From the NCBI GenBank assembly GCA_942492995.1, contig OW818653.1, forward strand, positions 1,890,001-1,922,000: a DNA stretch of 32,000 nucleotides. Reading direction: 5' to 3'. A model generated the notes under the pieces. It was not told where the DNA came from and searched no databases. It was given only the letters and a program-made list of their open reading frames with translations. Below are positions 25,422-32,000 of this stretch, piece by piece. Source of the DNA: an uncultured Erysipelotrichaceae bacterium (GTDB lineage Bacteria; Bacillota_I; Bacilli_A; Erysipelotrichales; Erysipelotrichaceae). A program made the translations under genes and the position numbers. Positions within the stretch are counted from its first letter, which is position 1; every line of letters starts with the position of its first letter.

Positions 25422-26321
25422 TTAATCATTGGCGCTATTGATATGATGATATAGCGCTCCGATTAAGTTACTATCATTACCAAACATGCATGGTACGATA
25501 TTCATCCTTTTTTGAGGTGTCCAATTAAGTTTTTCAAAGAGTAAATCTGTTCTTTTATTAATCGTGTCAATTAGAACAGTTTGAGCAGATATACCACCAC
25601 CAATCGCTATGGTTTCGGTATCTAGAATTGTTTGTATTGTATAGATGCCTAATGCAAAACTATCTGCAAACTCATCGAGAATTTTAATTGCGGAACTATT
25701 TTTGTTGTTAATCGCATCAAAAAACACTTTTCCATTAACATCCACAAGGTTTAAATTGTTAACCTCTGCATATTTCGTAATAAGCTCACCCGTAGAATTA
25801 ACCATAGCCCATATTTTGAATGGATTAGCATGAGCGTCTAAACTAGTTGGTAAGAAAGAAACTTCACCAGATGTGAAATTATGACCACGATGGACTTTAC
25901 CATCAATCACGATTCCACCTCCTATTCCCGTCCCAATTGTTAATACCATTCCACATTTTACATTCTTAAGTGCGCCTTTCCAAACTTCCGCATTTGCGGC
26001 GCATTTCGCGTCATTATCAATCGTTATCGTTACAGGAATATATTTCTTTAATAAATCTACCATTGGGCAATCTTTAATGTACGTAAGTGCGCCACCTGTA
26101 TACATATAACCTGTCTTGGCATCAATTCTACCTGGAGCACTTATTGCAATCCCATCAATATCTTCATGTTTCTTATATAAATCAACAATAGTATTTATAA
26201 ACTCTTCAAGACTAGATTTAGGTGTAGCGATTTCTCCCTTGCTAAGTATTTCTGCATTTTCATTCATTTTAGTGTACTTTATGGAAGTACCGCCAACATC
26301 AATTACGAGATATTTTTTCAT
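25422..26321 (-). CDS. ROK-family sugar kinase (BglK-like, lacks the zinc-cysteine motif)
   Basis: It has the N-terminal ATP motif VIDVGGTSIKY and the ROK glycine-rich signature LTIGTGIGGGIVIDGKVHRG. No CxCGxxGC motif is present. Confidence 0.85.
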   Translation of the reverse strand: MKKYLVIDVGGTSIKYTKMNENAEILSKGEIATPKSSLEEFINTIVDLYKKHEDIDGIAISAPGRIDAKTGYMYTGGALTYIKDCPMVDLLKKYIPVTITIDNDAKCAANAEVWKGALKNVKCGMVLTIGTGIGGGIVIDGKVHRGHNFTSGEVSFLPTSLDAHANPFKIWAMVNSTGELITKYAEVNNLNLVDVNGKVFFDAINNKNSSAIKILDEFADSFALGIYTIQTILDTETIAIGGGISAQTVLIDTINKRTDLLFEKLNWTPQKRMNIVPCMFGNDSNLIGALYHHINSAND

Positions 26322-26357
26322 AAAATAACTTTATCATATTTTAATCCGTTTCGTATA

Positions 26358-26386
26358 TTGACAATTTTGAACCTCGTGACTATATT
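26358..26386 (+). promoter_or_regulatory. Candidate promoter for the esterase gene (and possibly the two-component genes)
   Basis: TTGACA (26358-26363), a 17-nt spacer, then TATATT (26381-26386). Confidence 0.45.
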
Positions 26387-26459
26387 TATGTAGAATATAT
26401 GTGAAAATTAGATAATAATAGTGCATATTTTAATAAAAAACTATAAAGGAGCTATAATT

Positions 26460-27344
26460 ATGTTAAGTAAAGAAATAAAAATGTTTATCGAAATGCTTGC
26501 ACGGGATAAAGAGGCAAATCGTGGGAATAAATTTACGGCTGAATCTGCAATTGCGACAAGAAAATCAATTGATGAGAAGATTGGTGGTTATACAGATTCA
26601 TTAGTGGAAATTGAAATGATAAAGAATCAACTCACATCTGGCGAGTTTTACCATTTTAAAGGGAATAAAAATCCTGATAATATTATTTTGTTTATTCATG
26701 GCGGAGGTTTTGCGGTAGGAAGTGTTGAATCTAGACGTAAAATGTTTATGGACATCCTAAAAGAGAGCAAAATGGATGCTTATTCTGTTGATTATGGTCA
26801 ATGGCCAGAAGCTAAACATCCTCAAGGGTTGAACGATTCTATTAATGCATATAAATATCTATTAGAACAAGGATATAAAGCTGAGAATATTTGTTTGTTT
26901 GGTGAGTCAGCTGGTGCTATGCTTGCTTTAACCACAACGTTATATTTAAAGGATAATGGTTTTGCTTTACCGGCTAAGATTAGTGTATTCTCACCAGTTG
27001 CTGGTCAAGAAATCGATTTACCTTCTCATACACTTAGAGATAAACGAGATCCAATGATAATCTTCGAAGAAGTTGTGCCATATTATGTTGGATCTGATTT
27101 CAGCTCCCCATATGTTTCTCCAATATTTGGTGATTACAAAGGATTTCCACCACTCTTTATTCATGTAGGAACAGAAGAAGTATTATATGATGATGCGATT
27201 GAAATTTATAAAAAATGTGTTGAAGCAGGTGTAACTGTAACGCTAAGGGAATGGGAAGGTTTATTCCATGTTTTCCCACTTTTCCCATCACCTGAATCTG
27301 TTATGGCTGTTAAGGAAATTGCAAACTACTTTTCAACAAAATAA
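26460..27344 (+). CDS. Family IV (hormone-sensitive-lipase-like) esterase/lipase
   Basis: It has the HGGGF oxyanion motif and the GESAGA nucleophile elbow. An AAGGAG SD lies 8 nt before ATG 26460, which is an internal Met of the track ORF. Confidence 0.85.
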   Translation: MLSKEIKMFIEMLARDKEANRGNKFTAESAIATRKSIDEKIGGYTDSLVEIEMIKNQLTSGEFYHFKGNKNPDNIILFIHGGGFAVGSVESRRKMFMDILKESKMDAYSVDYGQWPEAKHPQGLNDSINAYKYLLEQGYKAENICLFGESAGAMLALTTTLYLKDNGFALPAKISVFSPVAGQEIDLPSHTLRDKRDPMIIFEEVVPYYVGSDFSSPYVSPIFGDYKGFPPLFIHVGTEEVLYDDAIEIYKKCVEAGVTVTLREWEGLFHVFPLFPSPESVMAVKEIANYFSTK

Positions 27345-27392
27345 TAGAAAATTAAATATTCGAATTAATATCGTCGAATTGCGAGGTAAATA

Positions 27393-29000
27393 ATGTCATA
27401 TCAATTTAAGTGCATCATTGCTGAAGATGAAAGAAGGATGGCGGATCTAGTTCTTTTACTTGGACATTGGGATGAATACAAAATTGATATTTTAGATGTT
27501 TGCTATAACGGTATTGATGCTCTAGACAGTATCATCAAAAACAAACCTGATCTAGTTATTACTGATATTAAAATGCCGGGTTATGATGGTCTTGCATTAA
27601 TACAAAAATGCCGGGAATATCAAATCGATTGTGCTTTTATTATTGTAAGTGGTTATAAACATTTTGAATATGCCAAAAGCGCAATGCAAAATGGTGTAGT
27701 CGACTATATTTTAAAACCAATTGATGAGGAACAATTGAATATTGCAATTGGAAAAGCCATCAAAATTATTAATGAAAAAAATACAACAGGAATTATAAAA
27801 ACTGAACGAGATGAATATTTCAATAAATATCAAAATATTAAATACAGCGACTTTTGGAGACAACTATTTTCAAGTGCTTTTAACGATAAAGTATTCAATT
27901 ATGAAAAATATGTTGAGTTACTGCCACCAGAAAAATTACACTGGGTCTATCGAATAATATTTGTTAGGACGACGATTGATAATATACTTGATGAAAATAC
28001 ACTATTCAGAGAAAAGCTTAATTCAATATTAAACAATATTGAAACAGATAGATTAAGCCTTCTTTATCAATATAGTAAAGAAGGAATCTTTATACTTTTA
28101 AATTATGAAAATGACTTGGATCTAAATATTAATCAAGTTATTTCAAGTGTTTACTATAAACTTAGTAACTTGACAGAAATTTTCGATGATTTTGATTTGG
28201 CGTTTGGTTATAGTAGAAAAATAAATAGTATTTCTGATTTAGGTAAAATCATGAAAGAAGCAATTGCTGCTGAAACTTCAAAACTTATCTATGGGATGAA
28301 TAAGATTATTTCATTTGAGATGATTCAAAACTTACCAAGATTTTCTCCAGAATCGATATTAACGGATGATTTGATAAATAACTTGAAAAATGCATATGAA
28401 TACCTAAAGATTAGCGATATATATGATTTACACCAAGAATTATTAAATAAGTGTGAAAAATATCAAGGTTTTAATCCTTGGGATATGATCAAGATGCAAC
28501 AATATTTATTGGAAGTTACATTATCGTTATTTATCAATAATGTCGAGGAACTTGAGAGTAAACGTATCGAAACTTGGTGGTTTGCTAGCCAATCTTATCG
28601 ATTTGTAGATTTTATTAGTTTAACTTTAAAATCAATCGAGAAATATTTTGAGGAATATTTACTTCAACAGAAACAAATTCATATTCTGCCTACCGAAAAA
28701 GCTATAAACTATATCGAGGGTCATTATGCTGAATCAATTACACTAGAAGAGATATCTGAATATGTTGGCCTATCTCCAAATTATTTCTCAAAAGTTTTTA
28801 AGAATGAAATGGGTAAAGGTTATTCTGATTTTTTAATTGAATATCGAATAGAGAAATCAAAAAAACTTTTAGCTGAAACAACTGAATCTGTAAAATCAAT
28901 TTCTGTTAGTGTTGGTTATCCAGATCAAAAGTATTTTTCAAAACTTTTTAGAAAAATTACAGGAATTAAGCCCTCAGAATACAGAAAGTTGTATTCGTAA
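27393..29000 (+). CDS. YesN-type response regulator (REC + AraC-family HTH)
   Basis: The receiver has the acidic pocket (AEDE), the phospho-Asp region LVITDIKMPGYDG, and LKP. The C-terminus carries a dual AraC HTH (LEEISEYVGLSPNYFSKVFK...SVGYPDQKYFSKLFRKITGIKPSEYRK). Confidence 0.9.
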   Translation: MSYQFKCIIAEDERRMADLVLLLGHWDEYKIDILDVCYNGIDALDSIIKNKPDLVITDIKMPGYDGLALIQKCREYQIDCAFIIVSGYKHFEYAKSAMQNGVVDYILKPIDEEQLNIAIGKAIKIINEKNTTGIIKTERDEYFNKYQNIKYSDFWRQLFSSAFNDKVFNYEKYVELLPPEKLHWVYRIIFVRTTIDNILDENTLFREKLNSILNNIETDRLSLLYQYSKEGIFILLNYENDLDLNINQVISSVYYKLSNLTEIFDDFDLAFGYSRKINSISDLGKIMKEAIAAETSKLIYGMNKIISFEMIQNLPRFSPESILTDDLINNLKNAYEYLKISDIYDLHQELLNKCEKYQGFNPWDMIKMQQYLLEVTLSLFINNVEELESKRIETWWFASQSYRFVDFISLTLKSIEKYFEEYLLQQKQIHILPTEKAINYIEGHYAESITLEEISEYVGLSPNYFSKVFKNEMGKGYSDFLIEYRIEKSKKLLAETTESVKSISVSVGYPDQKYFSKLFRKITGIKPSEYRKLYS

Positions 29001-29005
29001 TTGAT

Positions 29006-29782
29006 ATGAAACTAAAAAACATTTTTAAAGTCTTTGAAAGTACATCAAAATCTGAGGAAGATTTTAATAAAGTTAAAAGTATAAGCTTATCCGAAAATAC
29101 GTGGGAAATAGAATACAAATTACTTCAAAGCCAGATAAATCCACATTTTTTATACAATACACTTGACTCAATCCGAAGTGAAGCTTTGAAACATAACGAA
29201 AATGAAATTGCGAGTATGATTGAGAGATTATCGCGGTTTTTTAGATACAGTATAAGTAGTACTGGGAACTTCGTTAAAATTTCTGAAGAATTAAACCACA
29301 TAAATGATTACTACTACATTCAGAAATTCAGATTTGAAGAAAGACTTGAGATGGTTATCAAGATTGATAGTGAAGAACTAAAGGAATGCTATATTCCTAA
29401 AATGACGCTTCAACCACTTATTGAGAACGCCATTACTCATGGGCTTGAAAAGAAATTAAACCCAGGACTAATTACGATTCATATATTTGGAACAAAAAAG
29501 AAAGTATATATTCAAATTGAAGATAATGGGGTTGGTATTGAATCTGAATTACTTAAAAAAATAAATGATAAGCTAATTTCTTCTGATCTAAAATTCGATC
29601 GAATATCAAAAAATAGTGGAATTGCATTATTAAATGTAAACGCGCGTTTAAAGATGTTTTTTGGTAAAACTTATGGAATAAAAGTTAGAAGTTTGGTAAA
29701 TGTTGGGACAACAATGGAAATCATTGTTCCACGAGTATCGGACAATGAATTAGCTGAATATGACTTCAGGTTAAAATTATAA
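29006..29782 (+). CDS. YesM/LytS-type histidine kinase catalytic core only (His_kinase + HATPase_c, no transmembrane, HAMP or sensor region)
   Basis: The H-box LLQSQINPHFLYNTLDSI begins at about residue 40. It also has the N-box LIENAITHG, G1 EDNGVGI and G2 SGIALLNV. The protein is 258 aa with no hydrophobic segment. It starts 5 nt after the response-regulator stop. Confidence 0.85.
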   Translation: MKLKNIFKVFESTSKSEEDFNKVKSISLSENTWEIEYKLLQSQINPHFLYNTLDSIRSEALKHNENEIASMIERLSRFFRYSISSTGNFVKISEELNHINDYYYIQKFRFEERLEMVIKIDSEELKECYIPKMTLQPLIENAITHGLEKKLNPGLITIHIFGTKKKVYIQIEDNGVGIESELLKKINDKLISSDLKFDRISKNSGIALLNVNARLKMFFGKTYGIKVRSLVNVGTTMEIIVPRVSDNELAEYDFRLKL

Positions 29783-31068
29783 TGCTAAAACAAGAATATT
29801 TATGGCTAAGAAATATTGATGTCAGTAATGCACACCATGAGCAACTGTTAAACTATGATTTATCTATTTTTGAAGGGGAAATTATTTGTATAACAAGTTC
29901 TACTTTTTCAAAGAGAAAGCTCGTTTCAAACTTAATTTTAGGGTATCTAAAACCAGAAAATGGCAGTATTTTTTTAAACGAGAAATTATGTAAAAACTAT
30001 AATGCTCAATTTGCTTTCTCACATGGTATATCTAGTTCTGAATCAACCGGTAGTTTAGTAAAAACAATGAAGATTGAACATAATTTATTCGCATTACGTG
30101 AACGAAATAATCCATTAAGTATTTTTAATGAAAAAGCTGCACAAATACAAACTCAAAAAATATTGAATTCTTTAGGTTTATTTGATTATAAAAATAAATT
30201 AATACAGGATTTATCGGTATATGAGCAACAGATCGTATGTCTTGCAAAATCTGTTATTAATAATGCAAAAATTATTGTAGTCAATGATACATCTATGAAT
30301 TCTTATGAAGAGAAGATGCAATTGATAAAAAACATAAAAACCTATTCTAAACAAGGAGTTAGTTTCATAATTATCTGTGATGAGAATGATGAGTCTATTT
30401 ATCATGCTAATCGTATTCAATATATTTCAGATTCAAACCAAATTTTTGAATTTGAAGAAGTTAAACAATTTCTAGTTTTCTTAGATGATCAGAACTCATC
30501 GCTAATGAATAAAAATATCTCACAAAGAAATAGTTCTCTTGATTTTTTAGTTCCAAATAGTATGGATGCTTTTAGATATGATGACGCAATTTTAGATATG
30601 TGGTTATCTAAAAGGCAAGCGTATGAAATAACAGGAAATATAGATCGATATTTTATACCAAATTTTTCAATTAAAGAGAATATTTGCTTAGGCATTTATT
30701 CTAAACTTACTACTTGGAGTATTTTAAACGAAAATCTTATCGATTTTACTTTTCTTGAAGCCAAACGGTTTGCGAATATTACTAACTCATCAATTAGTAT
30801 AGATAAGTTGACTCATTTACAAAAATTACTTTTACTCATTTATCGTGTTTCATTACAAAATCATAAATTTATCATTTTAAACGACATCTTTAATGAAATG
30901 GATGATTATGAATGGAGCCATCTTATTAGAACTTTGGAAGATTTGGTTGAAAAAAGAACAGTAATCTATTTTAAAAACTGTAATAGTCATTATTTCCGAA
31001 TAAAGTCATCCAATTTTTATCAACTTGACCGCAAGAAAGCAATAATGATAAAAAAAGACACCTTTTGA
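29782..31068 (+). CDS. Degenerate (predicted catalytically inactive) tandem-NBD CUT2 sugar-ABC ATPase homologue (RbsA/MglA-like)
   Basis: It is collinear with RbsA-type ATPases. LSVYEQQIVCLAKSVINNAKIIVVNDTS aligns with LS-x-QQMVEIAK-x-L-x-IIMDEPT. Walker A is replaced by ITSSTFSKRKL, Walker B DE by ND, and H-loop SH by CD. The second half keeps LTHLQKLLLLIYRV...FIILNDIFNEMD, but no Walker A is visible. The ATG overlaps the kinase stop (TAATG). Confidence 0.7.
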   Translation: MLKQEYLWLRNIDVSNAHHEQLLNYDLSIFEGEIICITSSTFSKRKLVSNLILGYLKPENGSIFLNEKLCKNYNAQFAFSHGISSSESTGSLVKTMKIEHNLFALRERNNPLSIFNEKAAQIQTQKILNSLGLFDYKNKLIQDLSVYEQQIVCLAKSVINNAKIIVVNDTSMNSYEEKMQLIKNIKTYSKQGVSFIIICDENDESIYHANRIQYISDSNQIFEFEEVKQFLVFLDDQNSSLMNKNISQRNSSLDFLVPNSMDAFRYDDAILDMWLSKRQAYEITGNIDRYFIPNFSIKENICLGIYSKLTTWSILNENLIDFTFLEAKRFANITNSSISIDKLTHLQKLLLLIYRVSLQNHKFIILNDIFNEMDDYEWSHLIRTLEDLVEKRTVIYFKNCNSHYFRIKSSNFYQLDRKKAIMIKKDTF

Positions 31069-31081
31069 TAGAAATGGTTCA

Positions 31082-31111
31082 TTGTTTGCGATTAATCGAG
31101 AATACTATAAT
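31082..31111 (+). promoter_or_regulatory. Candidate promoter for the sugar-binding protein gene
   Basis: TTGTTT (31082-31087), an 18-nt spacer, then TATAAT (31106-31111), upstream of the AGGAGGAAAG SD. Confidence 0.4.
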
Positions 31112-31146
31112 TTGGCCATAAAGTTATCTGACTTTAGGAGGAAAGA

Positions 31147-32000
31147 ATGAAGAATTTACTTAAATTAGTATTTGTTGTTGCTATGAGTATTGGTATGTTG
31201 ACAGCTTGCAGTTCAAATAATGCTCCTGTAGCTGAAGAAGGTAGTGGTATTTTTGGTGTAAGTATTATGACTTTAGGCGCAGAATTCTTTACTGGATTAC
31301 AATCATCCATGGAAAAAGTTTTCGGTGAAGAAGGATTTGAAGTTGTAACGGTTTCCGCTGAATTGGATGTTGCAAAACAGGTTTCAGATATAGAAAATTT
31401 GGTAACTCAAGAAGCAGAAGGTATTCTAGTTGGACCAATGGATCCAAACAGTTTACAAGATGCATGTATCGCAGCACGTGAAGCTGGAACAAAAATTATT
31501 ACATTTGTACCATTCGAAGATCCTGAAGCATACGATGTTTTAATTGGTATTGATGAATCTCAATTGGGCTTAGCTGCAGCTGAATTAGCCTCTGAATGGG
31601 TAGACCAAAAATTTGCAGAAAATGAAAATGCTAGTGTGACAACGATCTTGATCACATATCCTACAAACCCAAATGCTGTATTACGCGATGAAGGGTTAAT
31701 GACAATTGCTAATAATTTAAAAGTTAATCTTGTAAAGAATTACGAACTAGGTGCTGCAGATTCTGTGGATCGCGTTCAAGAGTTTATGGAAATTGCTTTA
31801 GCTGAATATCCTAATCTTAACTTAATCTTAGTACATGATGCATCATTTGCGATTGCTGCAAATGAAGTGTTAGCTAGAACTAGTGGAGTTGATGCTTCAA
31901 AAGTTGGTATCTTTGCGATCGGTGCATCTGAAGCTACTGTAAATGCAGTTGCTGATTCAAAAACCGATGCTTCTATGATCCGTGGTTTAGTTGCTTTAGA
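31147..32000 (+). CDS. CUT2-type (RbsB-like, type-I PBP) sugar ABC substrate-binding lipoprotein, 3' end outside the window
   Basis: It is absent from the ORF track because no stop lies in the window. My hand translation is open from ATG 31147 to nt 32000. The SD is AGGAGG. The signal peptide with lipobox is MKNLLKLVFVVAMSIGMLTAC. The body reads FGVSIMTLGAEFFTGLQSSMEK...VAKQVSDIENLVTQEAEGILVGPMDP, typical of ribose/galactose-type binding proteins. Confidence 0.8.
   Translation, partial: MKNLLKLVFVVAMSIGMLTACSSNNAPVAEEGSGIFGVSIMTLGAEFFTGLQSSMEKVFGEEGFEVVTVSAELDVAKQVSDIENLVTQEAEGILVGPMDPNSLQDACIAAREAGTKIITFVPFEDPEAYDVLIGIDESQLGLAAAELASEWVDQKFAENENASVTTILITYPTNPNAVLRDEGLMTIANNLKVNLVKNYELGAADSVDRVQEFMEIALAEYPNLNLILVHDASFAIAANEVLARTSGVDASKVGIFAIGASEATVNAVADSKTDASMIRGLVAL

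Noticed and set aside
25645-26328. Plus-strand ORFs 25645-25833 and 26116-26328
   Set aside because: They are antisense to the clearly recognisable ROK kinase gene and show no motifs or ribosome-binding sites.
25235-27392. A tRNA-anchored integrative element immediately downstream of tRNA-Thr
   Set aside because: No integrase, recombinase or excisionase gene is present, and I found no repeat of the tRNA 3' end in the window. I kept it only as a low-interest note on the change of context.
28998-29010. The short kinase as the product of a frameshift or premature stop splitting a longer gene
   Set aside because: The response regulator ends with a complete AraC HTH, and only 5 nt separate its stop from the kinase ATG. 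There is no room for a degraded sensor-coding region.
1-32000. CRISPR arrays, IS elements or transposases, prophage genes, rRNA, riboswitch or T-box leaders
   Set aside because: I saw no regularly spaced direct repeats and no transposase- or integrase-like ORFs. All intergenic regions are 330 nt or shorter and are accounted for by promoters, terminators and the tRNA. A computational repeat and covariance-model scan would still be needed to exclude small elements.

Overview
This is a low-GC Bacillota-type chromosomal segment. TGA is used as a stop codon, lipoproteins carry Gram-positive lipoboxes, and AGGAGG-type Shine-Dalgarno (SD) sites are common. It holds about 33 genes, and all but one are on the + strand. 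In order, the window contains:
- a partial YczE-like membrane protein;
- a translationally coupled WYL regulator and a divergent DprA/SLOG-like protein;
- a four-domain CoA-disulfide/persulfide reductase (CoADR-rhodanese-TusA-DsrE), then an MBL hydrolase, MsrB and a small SWIM zinc-finger protein;
- a mannitol PTS locus with a split and duplicated EIIB (IIC | IIB | MtlR | IIB-IIA | MtlD);
- an ~11.4 kb, 12-gene tightly packed operon that mixes a thiolase, an SDR ketoreductase, two serine alpha/beta-hydrolases, a FabH-fold enzyme, a Liv/HAAT-type ABC importer, a 4-hydroxybutyrate-type CoA-transferase and a terminal TetR regulator;
- Maf plus a membrane protein, then a stand-alone tRNA-Thr(GGU);
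- an accessory-looking block: a ROK kinase (- strand), a family-IV esterase, and a coupled trio of YesN-type response regulator, sensor-less YesM-type kinase core and catalytically dead tandem-NBD sugar-ABC ATPase homologue, followed by a CUT2 sugar-binding lipoprotein that runs off the window.
I recognised no CRISPR array, IS element, integrase or rRNA.
The best candidates for something undescribed are:
1. the response regulator / minimal kinase / pseudo-ATPase / binding-protein module, possibly transporter-coupled sensing;
2. the hybrid acyl-CoA/ABC-importer operon;
3. the WYL plus DprA-like pair.
All family calls come from motif recognition by eye. No searches were run.
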